Positions 1-13,010 of a stretch of DNA of 64,000 nt are shown here, piece by piece (within the stretch, counting starts at the first letter, position 1; every line of letters starts with the position of its first letter). The stretch lies in assembly GCA_951406725.2 (NCBI GenBank), contig OX597833.1:48980001-49044000 (forward strand). The letters are read 5' to 3'. The notes below the pieces were generated by a model. The model did not search any database, was not told where the DNA came from, and was given only the letters and a program-made list of their open reading frames with translations. This stretch comes from Octopus vulgaris (lineage: Eukaryota). The translations under genes and the position numbers were made by a program.

Positions 1-495
1 TAAAGGATTAAAGACATACTTTGGTGGGGATTAAGATCATTGGGGGAGCAATAGAGAGTGGGTTTTTTGTTTAGTTTTGCAAGGTTGTAAATGATGTTTG
101 GAGAAAGATTGTCTATGAATTGGGTTAGGTATAAAATTAATTAAAGACATATCTATTGTGAGTGCTTCATGGTTGAGTGAGTATGTATGAAAAACATTCC
201 AGGGATTTTTATGCTTGTTGGCACTGAGATGGAATTTTTGTTTCCTTGCTTTGAAAAAATTATCTGTGTGTTTGTATGTATTATGTGTCCATTTGTATTT
301 CTTATGATTGTATGTCTCAAATTTTGTATGTTTGACATGTTTTTAAAGAAATGTGTGTGGGTGTGTGTGTGTGTGTGGTCATCTGGCTATGATATGCTTG
401 TTTTCATGGCTGCAATTTGTTATTTTGCCAGTGGTTATTTTAAAAATTTCGTTAGAGAAGGGTGTTAGCTGCAAATTTAATTTAGGACATAACTA

Positions 496-658
496 TTACT
501 CTTTTACTTGTCTCAGTCATTTGACTGCAGCCATACTGGAGCACCGCCTTTAGTTGAGCAAATCGACCCCAGGACTTATTCTTTGTAAGCCTAGTAATTA
601 TTCTGTCGGTCTCTTTTGCTGAACCGCTAAACACACCACCATTGGTTGTCAAGCGTTG
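496..658 (-). mobile_element. SINE family A, 3' part
   Basis: Reverse complement of the family-A tail (ggcggtgctccag..tggc.gcagtcaaatgactga.acaagtaaaagagta) seen in more than 12 copies in this window. Confidence 0.85.
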
Positions 659-1361
659 TTGATTTCAGAAACTTAACTTTTCAGAAGCTTTCAGCTTTGT
701 CGCATCAATCAATGAATTCCCAAGAGTGAACACTGGCAATAGTTGCAGGACTGTATCTTAAAGAATGCCACTAAACTAATGACCAATTATATGTTAGATG
801 CTCAAGAACTGAAAGCCCCCATAATCCTTTTCATTATGCCCTAGATGGTAAAATGGAAAACATTGTATATCATGAGTTGTTGATATTACAATTTTCAGAA
901 TTCCTTGACTAAGATGGATATAGAATTAATATCATATTAGCTGGGAGCTCATTGCAACTCTTAATATAATTTCTTTACCACTTCAGAATTGCAGTTTCAA
1001 TATTTAGACATGTGGAGTTTCCTGAAGCATTTTAGTTTCCATTTGGTATCAGAATGATTAAATTTTCTTTATTGCTAGTAGGAACAGCAGCTTCCTGAAC
1101 TTTTCCTATCCCATTTTTGCTTTAGCTACGATGCTATGTGTTAAAGGAAGAGTTAATGCAAAATTGATTAGGAACAAGAATAGATGAGAACATTGTCCCT
1201 CTCCACTAATATTTTTCATTGGTCATCCTCTGTGGTATCATCAATTTCTTCCACTCCCCTGAGTCACTTCCTATCACCATAAATCTCTCAATCTTCCCCT
1301 AAAAATTCAGGTTTTGTTATCTGGTGCAGATATATAAAAAAGTTTAAGTCCCTTGGATTAA

Positions 1362-1581
1362 CCCTTTTGTTACCAACCTGGCTGAAACCGGCTCTGGCTC
1401 TGAGTACAAATGTCTTGTTTTCATAAGTTTTGAATTAAGATCTTCTATCAAACCTTAGTCACAATTTATGTTCCTAACACTAGCTGAATGATAACTAAGT
1501 TATTTTACTAAATTCTTTGTTATATTTAAAGTAATTGAAAGAAACACAGAGCCTCTCAAAATAAATACAGTAACGAAAGGG
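1362..1581 (+). mobile_element. piggyBac-like MITE, family P1
   Basis: Left end ttaa|cccttttgttac, right end gtaacgaaaggg: CCC...GGG terminal inverted repeats at a TTAA site. Four copies in the window. Confidence 0.8.
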
Positions 1582-2179
1582 ATACTTTCCCAGCTTTTAT
1601 ATCCTTAACCACTGTTTCTATCACTTTGATGATTCCTCAGCTGGATCTCCTTTGGTTAGACTCTTTCTCTCTCTCTCTCTCTCGCATGCATTCACCACAT
1701 TCAGCAGCCTCTCAAAGTATGCCTCTTTGTTTCAGCATTAATAAGAATATATGTTCTCCTAACAATCAATCTACACATCTTCATGACATTCTTGATTTTC
1801 TCCCATACTCTGCCTAGCAATCTAGATCATGCTTCTGATTCTTACACTACAGAACATGTGCAAATCTCTTTTTTTTTCTTTTTCTGAAGCTTCCTTTGCT
1901 AACTATACTTAACATCTAGCTATTTGATATTTTTGTAGCTCCCTCCTACAACTCTTTCCAAGCCTTGTATATTCCACTTGTGTCTAATTGGAGCCTTGCA
2001 CCAGTTACAGATCTGGTTTGTAGCCTTCAGTCTTCAATCAAAATGCCAGTTTTCTTCTATATTATAAATCTTTATTCTTCTTTTATATCATAAACATCAA
2101 TCAGAAATTTCCAGGTGGAGGCACTTTCAGCTCCCTTGTATTTCTTCAAATTCTGGTTTGGAATGTGTAGGCATGGCTA

Positions 2180-2324
2180 GGTGCAAGTGTGACTGTGTGG
2201 TAAGAAGTTTACTTCCTAACCACTTGGTTCAGGGTTCAATCCCACTGCATGACTCCTTGAGCAAGTATTTTATACTATAGCTCTGGGCTGACCAAAGCCT
2301 TGTTGGTGGATTTGGTTGTTGGAA

Positions 2325-2327
<3 letters not shown>
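2180..2327 (+). mobile_element. SINE A head, truncated
   Basis: tRNA-like head (gtgtggtaag...gggttcaatccc) plus a ccttgagcaagt body matching family A. Confidence 0.75.
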
Positions 2328-2382
<55 letters not shown>

Positions 2383-2542
2383 AGAGATAATGATGCCATT
2401 GAGACCCAAAGGTGTCAGGTAATGCTGAATAAGTGCTATACACAGGCCATAGTTAAGTTCCAGATTCGGTAATATTGCGAATTAAGAGTTCAACATTGGT
2501 TCTATGTCAGCGTGTGTATATTACACAAAAAATTCTTATATA

Positions 2543-2590
<48 letters not shown>

Positions 2591-2818
2591 TCAAGTGATG
2601 CGGTAGTACTCATAAAAAAATGCTTCTTAGTCTATCATTCTACAAAACATAGAATATATATATAGTATGATACAAGAGAAAATGATAAGGAGTGTATAAA
2701 GTCATATATATAAAGTGATTTATGACTTTATGCACTCCTTATCATATACACTGCTTTAAATCTTAGAGTGTGCTTCTTCTCTGGATTTATGTCTTCTATA
2801 AACAATACATATATATAA

Positions 2819-2853
<35 letters not shown>

Positions 2854-2855
2854 AA

Positions 2856-2901
<46 letters not shown>

Positions 2902-3509
2902 TGTATGTATTATTATCTCCTTGACTTGATATCATATGATAATCGCGAGAGTCACTGTGATACAAGTGGTACCCTTTGTTGCTGATCTTCCACGGAAACT
3001 TGTCCGGTCAAGGGAAAATGTGTTATTTGGAAACAGGTAAAGACTGGTGATAGGAAGGGCATCCAGCTATGGAAAATACACCTCCACAAATTGTTTCGCA
3101 CACATGCAAGAATAGAAGGGGACATTGAAACGATGATGATAATGATGATGGTGACAATGATCTGAGTCAGTCAAGATCTTATTCTTATTCTTCTTCATCA
3201 GGAAAAGACTTGACATTTTACAAATAATTGAGTGTCTTCTTTCCGAGTGACAAGAAAGTATATTTAACTTGTGTGTGTAACTGGTGATCAGGTGACTGGT
3301 TGGTTTCCTGGAGTTCGTATTGCAAATGGTGAAGTCATTTTCATCACAGAACTCCACAACACAGAACTATCACAGACACATGTACACTCACAGATATGTA
3401 TGTATGTGTGTATCTATCTATATGAATGTGTGTGTATATGTGTAGGTATCTTATGCATTTACATATACATGCATGTATATATATATGTATATATATGTAT
3501 ATATATATG

Positions 3510-3540
<31 letters not shown>

Positions 3541-3553
3541 GTATATATATATG

Positions 3554-3588
<35 letters not shown>

Positions 3589-4167
3589 GTATATATATAT
3601 AAGTACAGAACTACAAAACTATAAATTTCATCATCCTTTCCTGTACTACCAGTTATCTCTCTCACCTCACTATCTGGGACCACTTCCTGTGATAGTCATA
3701 CTTCATCCTTAACACTGTCCCTCTCCACTTATATTTTTCGTTGGTCATCCTCTATGGTATCATCAATTTCTTCCTCTCCCCTGAATCACTTCCTATCACC
3801 ATAAATCTCGCATTCTCCCCCACACACTCCTGCAACCCACCTAACCAACATCCACCCGTCATCTTCCTTCATCTCCCATTCACTGTCCATCGCATTACTA
3901 TTTCAATGCTCTTCACCCTTTCTGTATGGCAAATCATCACATACCTACCCTACCCTCATTCTAATTCTTATGTATTATCAACTACCCCACTGTCTTTTTC
4001 GCCATTCACTATATTAATCCTCACTACAACCCAAACTCTAACTGTCCTTCATTTTCCCCATACACTCTTGCAATGCCTCTTCGCCCACCTTTTTCATTCT
4101 TTTGTCCCAATTATCTCATGTTTCTGTACCTTGAAGGCTCACCTTCCCATCATCATTTATCCCACCC

Positions 4168-4465
4168 ATCATCATTTAACAGCCATTGTCCATGGGTTGT
4201 ACAGTTTGACCAGAGTTGGCAAGCTGGAGAGGTGCATCAGACTCCAGTCTGATTTGGCATGGTTTCTATGGCTGGATGCCCTTCCTAACACCAGCTGCTT
4301 TACAGAGTGTGCTGGGTGCTTTTAGATGGTACTGTACTTGCAATGGTACATGGTTCTGCATAGGCACTTTTATGTGATTCTACAGAGGCACTCTTACATG
4401 GTACCATATGCACACCTTTAAGTGGCACCACACAGGCACTTTTATGTGACACCGCTATGAGTGCT
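4168..4465 (-). mobile_element. RTE LINE 3' end (family D) with 24-bp tandem array
   Basis: (cat)n tail, ggatgcccttcctaac core and ~24-bp units at 4311-4465. Confidence 0.75.
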
Positions 4466-4570
4466 TTAAATCCTCAGAAGGATCAGGCACCAGGCCTCTC
4501 AGTCCTTTGTGAATCTCATATAATGTGAGGTAGCCACACATTTTCTCTAAAGCAAGAAATCTGTTCCTGT

Positions 4571-4769
4571 TACTCTTTTACTTGTTTCAGTCATTTGACT
4601 GTGGCCATGCTGGAGCACCACCTTTAGTCAAAGAAATCAATCCCAGGACCTATTCTTTGTAAGCCTAGTACTTAATCTATCGGTCTCTTTTGCTGAACTG
4701 TAAAGTTATGGGGACATAAACACACCAACATTGGTTTTCAAGCAATGATGGAGAGACAATCACACACAA

Positions 4770-4800
<31 letters not shown>

Positions 4801-4960
4801 CAAAGGGCTTCTTTCAGTTTCCATCTATTAAATCGACTCACAATTCTTTGGTTGGTCTAAGGCTATAGTAGAAGACATTTGCCCAAGACGCCACGCAGTG
4901 GGACTGAACCCAGAATGATGTGGTTGGGAAGCAAGCTTCTTACCACACAGCCACGCCTGC
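4571..4960 (-). mobile_element. SINE family A, near full length
   Basis: Head, internal microsatellite and tail all match family A. Confidence 0.85.
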
Positions 4961-4980
4961 TAAGGTAATGAAAGATTGTG

Positions 4981-5290
4981 AAAGCATGTGGCTTAGTGGT
5001 TAGAGTATCTGGCTCACAATTGTAAAATTGTGAGTTCGATACCTGGCAGTGCACTGTGTCCTTGAGCAAGATGCTTTACTTCACGTTACTTCAGAACACT
5101 CAGCTGGCAAAGATGAGTAATACCTGTATTTCAAAGATCCATCCTTGTCATATTCTGTTTCATGTTGAACATCCCTGAGAGCTACATAAAGGTTATGCAG
5201 GTTTGCGGAGTTCTCAGCTACTTGCATGTTAATTTAGCTGTTCCACTGATCAGATTAACTGGAATACTTGCTCTCATAACTAACGATGTT
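4981..5290 (+). mobile_element. Older tRNA-derived SINE with CORE-like body
   Basis: A box tggcttagtgg, B box gagttcgatacc, gtgtccttgagcaag core; tail shared with SINE C copy 13708-14089. Confidence 0.7.
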
Positions 5291-5857
5291 CATGGTTAAT
5301 GAAAGCTTGCTTTGATGTCTTCATGTTATGTTGAATTATTTCCTTTTGTTCACGCTATTCTTTTAATGATATATACATTAAGGAAAACGTGGTTTTCCAG
5401 TTTACCCAACATATTACCAAATCTGTAATTTGTACCATTTTAAAGAAAAAAAAAGAATTAGCCAAAACATGCAACTGTGGCAAGAGGCATATATGCAGGC
5501 TAAATACCGTTTGTGACATCCACATGGATTAAATGGGAAAATCTATTATTAATGTAGAAAAGGCAGGTGGAGAATCAGCTAATGGGTTAGTAAGTGGATC
5601 TGCGAAAAAATGTCTATTTAGAGAGAGGGAGAGATAGAGAGAGATGTTCCTATTAACTGCAATGGAAAACCAGTTAGTTTGAATCATTCAAGCAGTATTC
5701 TGGTGTTCACAGTGTTCCTAGGCATAGCAAAGCTGCCAGCTCACATTTTCAGTTACTGCAGAAGCATATTGTGTTGCATTTTATAAGTTTGTGAAGGCGC
5801 AGGAGTGGCTGCGTGGTAAGTAGCTTGCTAACCAACCACATGGTTCTGGGTTCAGTC

Positions 5858-6000
5858 TATGGAAACAGCAAGTTCATGATTTTTCTGTTTTACTAATTGC
5901 TCAAAGGATGATCCAAAATATTGGAGAGAAATGGAAGAATATTTGTTCAATGAATTTACACCAAAATTTAAGAACTAAAAACCCTGTTTATAGAGACACT
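5858..6000 (+). pseudogene. Penelope-like GIY-YIG C-terminal remnant
   Basis: Translates to YWREMEEYLFNEFTPKFK, resembling the PLE endonuclease end R..E.YFI..F.P.LN. Confidence 0.45.
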
Positions 6001-6120
6001 GGAAATTTTTATTACAGGATGACTTTTACAAGCAAACCAAGTCACCACAAACATTAACATTTTTGTTACTGTTGTTACTAAAACAAATTATTGAGAAAAA
6101 TGACTTTTAACAAATCACCA

Positions 6121-6533
6121 AAGAGTGGCTGTGTGGGAAGTAGCTTGTTTACCAACCGCATGGTTCTAGGTTCAGTCCCACTGCATGGCACCTTGGGCAA
6201 GTGTCTTCTACTATAGCCTCGGGCCGACCAAAGCCTTGTGAGTGGATTTGGTAGACGGAAACTGAAAGAAGCCTGTCGTATATATGTATATATATGTATA
6301 TGTATGTGTGTGTTTGTGTGTCTGTGTTTGTCCCCCTAGCATTGCTTGACAACCGATGCTGGTGTGTTTACGTCCCCGTTACTTAGCGGTTCGGCAAAAG
6401 AGACCGATAGAATAAGTACTGGGCTTACAAAGAATAAGTCCCGGGGTCGATTTGCTTGACTAAAGGCGGTGCTCCAGCATGGCCGCAGTCAAATGACTGA
6501 AACAAGTAAAAGAGTAAAAGAGTAAAAAAGAGT
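6121..6533 (+). mobile_element. SINE family A
   Basis: Well-preserved copy with (agtaaaag)n tail; aacaaat on both flanks is a possible TSD. Confidence 0.9.
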
Positions 6534-7199
6534 AAACAAATGTACGAAGAACCCACCAAAAAAACCCTTCACATATCTTGAACAACAACAAGTCAGCCAT
6601 TTAATGTCTTCTCCAGATTAAGACCAACAGTTTATTAGAATTAATAACTAGACATTTCTAGACAAAGCTGTCGTCAAAACAACCAACTCAGAAATCATTT
6701 GTTCTTTGTTTCATCCTACAAAAGCTGACATTTGTTTACACACAGATAATAAATGAAATCAATAAACCTCTGGCCTTTCTGGACAAAGATGTTATTCAAA
6801 TAAAAGAAACTGCTTAAAACTACAACTTTTCCCGAAACTAATTTGCTCTTTGTTTAAACATTCACCATGTACACACATAAACACACACACATAGATTAAA
6901 AAACCGAATAGGTGGACACACATCTTAATGGGTCACTTCCAAAACTCACTTATTCTTTACCCAACCCCCCGGATTCAAGTAAATAAATTTATCAAGAAGG
7001 TTTAAATTCAAATACTTTATGATACATGCGTGTGAATTGTGAATTTTATGTGTTTTTATATTAAAAGTGAAAATGAAGAAAAAATATTCATCATTGGACA
7101 CTCTTTTATTTTTGGGAAGGGAAAAACACTGCACAAACAGCCAAAATGATATGTTGGGTTTATGGGGATAGTGCCACAACTGAAAGTACTGTTTGTAAG

Positions 7200-7602
7200 T
7201 GGACCCCTAAGTTCAAAAGTAGAAACTTTGATCTGGAAGATCAAGAATATTCCAGCTGGCCTGTAGTTATTGACGATGACAACTAAGCTCTACATGATTG
7301 AGGAATGGCAATTAAATATTGGGTCAAAAAAATATAGGGAAATGATTCCCTGTAGATTTATATATAGACTTATATTAGGCACTTTGAGACTTATCCTTGA
7401 GAATAACACATTCATAATAGGAAAAATTATCTTCAAATTACAGATACAGCAATTGGAACCAAATTTGTTTCAGTATACAAACTCAGTAATGGGATACTTG
7501 GAACTAAAACTGTATGAAAGAGTAGAGGAAAATTATGGTATTAACTTTAAGAAATATGTCAAGAGAAAGATTATAGATTATCCAATAAAGTATTCTGGCT
7601 GA
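7200..7602 (+). pseudogene. Penelope-like RT remnant
   Basis: LILENNTF...YTNSVMGYLELKLYE matches the PLE RT region (compare [13 protein letters not shown] at ~61.7 kb). Confidence 0.7.
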
Positions 7603-7609
7603 CCATCAG

Positions 7610-8250
7610 CTTACTTTGTAACAAGAAGCACTCTTCCACACCTGTCATTTAGAACTCAGGTGGGGCTCATCTCTCTACAAAAAAGAGAATTCTTAGGAAG
7701 CGGAGAGAATACTTCACTGATCTCTTAAATCCAGTCATGAAAAAATCTTCTGGTGGACATGATATGCATCTAGAAATCAAGATTAACCTCACAGAAGCTG
7801 AAGTTATAGGGGCAATTAATGCTCTCAAATGTAACAAGGCCACTGGAGAGGATGAGATTTGGCCTGAGATGATAAAAGCCTTAAATAGAGAAGGTATTCT
7901 TTGGCTGACTCATGTATGCCAGGTGGCTTGGACCTTTGGAAAGACACTGAAGCAATGATGATATGGGATGATAATCACAGTACTTTTTAAGGGAGACATA
8001 TGCTTGCTTTGTAGACCTTGAAAAGGCATATGACTTCATGCTGCAGGACATGCTGAAGAGGGATTTGCAGGAATTTGGGATTAATGGGCAGCTTTTGTTG
8101 CCACAAAGTCCCTATACAATTGTCCAGATGTTTGTGTTAGGATAAATGGTGCTTTGTTGAAAGCTTTTAATGCAGATGTTGGACTTCAGCATGGATGTAT
8201 CTTGTGACCTCTCCTTTTTTATAAGTTTTATGAACTGAATTGACACATGC
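7610..8250 (+). pseudogene. RTE-clade LINE RT remnant
   Basis: KATGEDEIWPEMIKAL...WLTHVCQVAW, CFVDLEKAYD and GLQHGCIL*PLLF, with stops and deletions. Confidence 0.85.
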
Positions 8251-8584
8251 ATGAGACTATATATAAATATATATAAATATATATGCAGGAATTTTCTGTA
8301 TTATGGAAGTAATGTGCTCCTGAAAATCTAAATGTCATATGAAATTTCATGAAATTAGAATGAAATTAATTTTCCAATGATTTTCCTGTTATAAAGTAAG
8401 AATGACGAATTTTTAAAGAAAAACACAATAAAAAAAAGAAAGAAAAGAAGACAAATAACATGGCCAATTTTATGCACGAAAATAAAAATTTCTAAACATA
8501 CACAGCACTACATGTAGACAAAAGCATTTGAAGAGAAATACATTGGAGAATAAATAAGAAATGTCATATTGTAATAAGGTATAA

Positions 8585-8785
8585 GGCAGCAAGATGGCAG
8601 AATTGTTTGCATGCCGGACAAAATGCCTAGCAGCAGTTTGTCTGTCAAATTCTACTGAGGTTGAATTTGTTTTTTATCTTTTTGGGGTCAATAAAATAAG
8701 TACCAGTTGAGCACTGGGGTTGATGTAATCGACTAAGCCCTTCTCCTGAAACTGCTGTCCTTGTGCCAAAATTTGAAATCAGTAT
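8585..8785 (+). mobile_element. SINE family B, old copy
   Basis: Diverged match to the B consensus. Confidence 0.65.
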
Positions 8786-8795
8786 TGTAAAAAGG

Positions 8796-9226
8796 TGTAA
8801 CAGGATGAGAGATCCCTGCACTGGATGGGTGCAGCTCGCATCCTTTACATTAAATATTAATCGAAGAAAGAGTCAAGACTTCCGATTAACTTCAACAGTA
8901 TAAATATTTATTCTTTGATTTGCAATATAAACATTTCCTTCCTCTGGGCGAATCGGCAGCCTAGGAGCTTATCGGCAGTAGTCAAGTGGAGTGAATCAAT
9001 CCTGCCCATTCAAGCATAGCAGAGAGGTGCCATGAGGTAGCAGCTCGAGAGAGCCGATGGAGACACGTCTGTCTTGTTCAGTTGCTGGTGTCCAAGAGAG
9101 TGATACAAGAGAATTTTGCTGCTGCTAGTTTTCTGTGCATGCACATGAGGGAACTTTCGGCAGGCCTCCCGGAAGACTCCAACCCTGCATACGTGTGCTG
9201 GAGATTTCCAAGATGGCGTCACTACA
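8796..9226 (-). mobile_element. Solo LTR (431 bp)
   Basis: TGTA...TACA termini, 4-bp TSD aagg (8792-8795 and 9227-9230), AATAAA on the minus strand near 8907, higher GC than the flanks. Confidence 0.75.
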
Positions 9227-9234
9227 AAGGTATA

Positions 9235-9462
9235 GGCAGCGAGCTGGCAGAAATGTTAGCACATCGAGCGAAATGCTTAGCGGTATTTCGTCTGCCGTTA
9301 CGTTGTGAGTTCAAATTCCGCCGAGGTCGACTTTACCTTTCATCCTTTCGGGGTCGATAAATTAAGTACCAGTTACGCACTGGGCCGATGTAATCGACTT
9401 AATACCTATGTCTGTCCTTGTTTGTCCCTTCTATGTTTAGCCCCTTGTGGGTAATAAAGAAA
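9235..9462 (+). mobile_element. SINE family B
   Basis: ggcagcgagctggcagaa head, gagttcaaattcc B box, cctttcatcctttcggggtcgataaa body, aataaagaaat tail. Confidence 0.9.
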
Positions 9463-9470
9463 TGGGTATA

Positions 9471-9731
9471 GGCAGCGAACTGGCGCAGTTGTTGAAGTGT
9501 CAGACAGAATACTTCAGTGTATTTGTCTTGACCCTCTTCACTCTGAGTTCAAATCCCACAAAGGGCCTGCCTTGTCACATTCTGGGTTACACTGAAGCTC
9601 CCTTAGAACTACATAAAGGGTTCATGCACCTGTGTATTGCTTAGCCACTTGCATGTTAATTTCCTGAGCAAGCTGTTCCATTGATTAAATCAACTGGAAC
9701 ACTCATTGCTGTAACTGACGGAGGGCCAGTT
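9471..9731 (+). mobile_element. Chimeric old SINE (B-type head plus C-type tail 1)
   Basis: Head resembles B; from aagggcctgccttgtcac onward it matches the tail of 13708-14089. Confidence 0.6.
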
Positions 9732-9902
9732 ATGTTGAACATTTTCCAGAAGTCTCTATCTGCAAGGTTATCCTCCCTTTCAGTTCTTTCATAATTTGCT
9801 TGAAAGTTCTTCTCAGATAATATGCCTTGAAGTTAGCCATCATGCCTTGATCCGTTGGCTGGAGCAAAATTTGTTCTCTTGATATGACTTATCTTTTTCT
9901 TA

Positions 9903-10119
9903 CTGAGTTGGCAGAAACGTTAGCATGCTGGGCGAAATGCCTAGCGGTATTTCGTCTGTTGTTACGTTCTGAGTTCAAATTCCGCCGAGGTCGACTTTGC
10001 CTTTCATCCTTTCGGGGTCGGTAAATAAAGTACCAGTTTTGCACTGGGGTCGATTTAATCCCTTTGTCTGTCCTTGTTTGTCCCCTCTATGTTTAGCCTC
10101 TTGTGGGCAGTAAAGAAAT
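9903..10119 (+). mobile_element. SINE family B
   Basis: Close match to 9235-9462. Confidence 0.9.
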
Positions 10120-10339
10120 ATATATTAGCAAGCTCATTTAATTTCAGTGGGTAGGTGGGTTAATGCATTGTATAAAAGGACCAAATGCTGCATTGGAAAT
10201 ATTATGTCTAGCATTGAACCTTTCTACAAAAATGTTTGTAAAGTACTCTTTGAAAAGACTCTTATAAGAAATGATTTCTTATTCGAATGTTGAATCAGAA
10301 GTACATGAAATTTTGCTTTACTCTTTTTGAAAGTCCTTG

Positions 10340-10663
10340 GGGTTTCAGAGTAATATCTGAATGTTTGTTCCTTCTCGAGCCATGCCTGGCTCACAGGGGC
10401 TGGTTTCTCAGTTTCCTTGGCATATAGGTTCCCCACCTGGATGGGATGCCAGTCCATCACAGGTGAGCTGCAAGATGCAGGAGGAAAGAGTGAGTAAAAG
10501 TTGTGGCGAAAGAGTCAGCAGAAGTTCGCCATTACCTTCTGCCAGAGCCACGTGGAGCTTAGGTGTTTCGCTCATAAACAAACACTCCACCTGGTCTGAG
10601 ATTCGAACCCGTGATCCCTCAACCGTAAGTCTGCTGCTCTAACCACTAGGCCATGTGCCTCCA
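10340..10663 (-). mobile_element. SINE family C with tail type 3
   Basis: C-type tRNA head and body followed by a gatggactggcatcccatccagg...ggctcgagaagg tail. Confidence 0.8.
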
Positions 10664-10737
10664 CAATATCTGAAAAGGCAACTTTAATATCATATCACCA
10701 GTGATATGTTCTCCCAAAAGAAGTGCAAGACAATTCT

Positions 10738-10874
10738 TCATCATCATCGTTTAACGTCCGCTTTCCATGCTAGCATGGGTTGGATGGTTCAACTGGGGTC
10801 TGGGAAGCCAGGAGGCTGCACCAGGCCCAGTCTGATCTGGCAGTGTTTCTACAGCTAGATGCCCTTCCTAATGC
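10738..10874 (-). mobile_element. RTE 3' end (D), truncated
   Basis: catcatcgtttaacgtccgctttccatgctagcatggg terminus. Confidence 0.85.
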
Positions 10875-11283
10875 TTGGATGCTTTAAATACTGGTGCTGA
10901 TTTTTTTCTGCTTGAGAAACATGTTCTAGCAGGCATTAACTTCCAGAAAACTGTATATCTATCAACGGTGCATTTTGCCTTAGCAATAATGTTTTACAGT
11001 TGCTCAGGACAATTGGTAGCAACCTCTGTTTCAGCATCGACAGTTTCATCAGTTATTTTCATGTGAACATTCAAACACCCCTTAAACCTTCCAAATGACT
11101 AACATATTAGGCAAAAAAGCTTCTCATTAGAAATTTTTCCTTCCTTTTTTGGCAAATCGTTATAAAAACTTTTTGATTTTCCTTTTCTATGAATTAAAAA
11201 TTACCATCATGCTTACTCATATTATATCGAGTCTGATCCTTAATTTATCCACTCAGGTGTCATTCTATTTTAGGAATCACATT

Positions 11284-11857
11284 CATCATCATCATCATTG
11301 TTTAACGTCTGCTTTCCATGCAAGCATGGGTTGGACAGTTCGACTGGGGTCTGGGAAGCCAGAAGGCTGCACCAGGATCCAGTCTGATCTGGCAGTGTTT
11401 CTACAGCTGGATGCTCTTCCTAATGCCAACCACTCCGTGAGTGTAGTGGGTGCTTTTTACGTGCCACCAGCACAGGTACCAGGGGAAGCTGGCAGCGGCC
11501 ACGATCAGTTGGTGCTTTTTACATGCCACCGGCTCAGAAGCCAGTCAAGGCGGCACTGGCATCGGCCACGTTCGGATGGTGCATTTTATGTGCCACCGGC
11601 ACAGGTATCACAACTACTATTGCCATTTGATATTTATTTCGATATTTATGTACTTGACTCAGTAGGTCTCCTCAAGCACAGGAGGTCATGTGCCACTGGC
11701 ACAGAAGCCAGTCAAGGCAGCACTGGCATCATCCACGTTTGGATGGTGCTTTTTACATGCCGCCGGCACAGGTATCGTAACAACAATTTCGATTTGATAT
11801 TTATTTTGATATTGATGTACTTGACTCAATAGGTCTCCTCAAGCACAGCAGGTCACT
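11284..11857 (-). mobile_element. RTE 3' end (D) with internal duplication
   Basis: D terminus plus repeated gtgctttttacgtgccacc units and a duplicated gtacttgactca.taggtctcctcaagcacag. Confidence 0.85.
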
Positions 11858-12744
11858 ATGAAAATATAAGTTCCTAGCAGTTAACAGAGTAGTTTCTTGA
11901 GCACTTGACTTAATTTACTCTCTATGGTCACATATTGTTCTTATTCTAGATGTTGTGAACTTTTATGTCTTGGCAATGTGGCTGACTTTTCTTTGGCATT
12001 GTACCTTTATAAATCATGAAGCTCAATATCCAGTATAAGCCATTTGCATTTCCTTTTCACACTATTGTCTTCAGTTTCACTCGATGGCTTCTTTCCAGGT
12101 ATCTTGACTTGTAGGTAAATCCAATAGTTGTCGTGATCAACATTTATCCATAACAAATATGCAGTAAAAAATATTGCATTAAGAAAGAACTGTTTTGTGA
12201 GAGCAAAAAAATTGTTAGGTGGGAAGAAGTACTATATGATTACAATTAGTTGAAGGGTAACCAGGTTCAAGATTATTTTATCCATAAACCTTTACATTCT
12301 ACTCTTTCTTTCAAGCACACACATACTCTGTTATGTTGATATACAACATATGTAGCTACAGACATTTAAATTTGTCCCAAAGTGCTCTGACTTAGCACCA
12401 TCAAGGTGCTTCAAGGAGATAAATATCTTCGTCGAGAAGAGGAGTAAGAGGCTTTAGTGCCTCGAGCTGAAACTTTGTTGGACAAAAAGTAAGAGGCTTA
12501 GTGCCTCATTTTGTAAGGACATTATGTCCATGGTTGAATAATTGTAAGAGGTTCAATACCTCATTTTGTGTTATTTTTATAAAAATAAAAAAGAGAACAA
12601 TGTTTTCGGGAAGTAGCAATTGTCGGGAATTGTCTGCCTTCCCCTACCAATCATCTTTTCATTTTTCATTCATTGTCATTTGTATTTTTGTCCAGCCCGC
12701 AGCTATTTCTTTGTAAGGCTCTTGTAGCCAATTTTTATGAAATA

Positions 12745-13010
12745 AAGTAGCTTGCTGCTTACCAACCACATGGTTCCAGGTTCAGTCCAACTGCATGGCA
12801 CCTTGAGCAAGTGTCTTCTACTATAGCTTTGGGCCAACCAAAGCTTTGTGAGTGGATTTGGTAGACAGAAACTGAAAGAAGCCCGTCGTGTATGTGTGTG
12901 TGCATGTGTTTGTGTGTCACTGTTTGTCCCCACCATCATTGCTTGACAACCAATGTTGGTGTGTTTATGCCCCCGTAATTTAGAGGTTGGCAAAAAGAGA
13001 CCGATAGAAT
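12745..13010 (+). mobile_element. SINE family A, partial
   Basis: Match to the A consensus. Confidence 0.8.
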
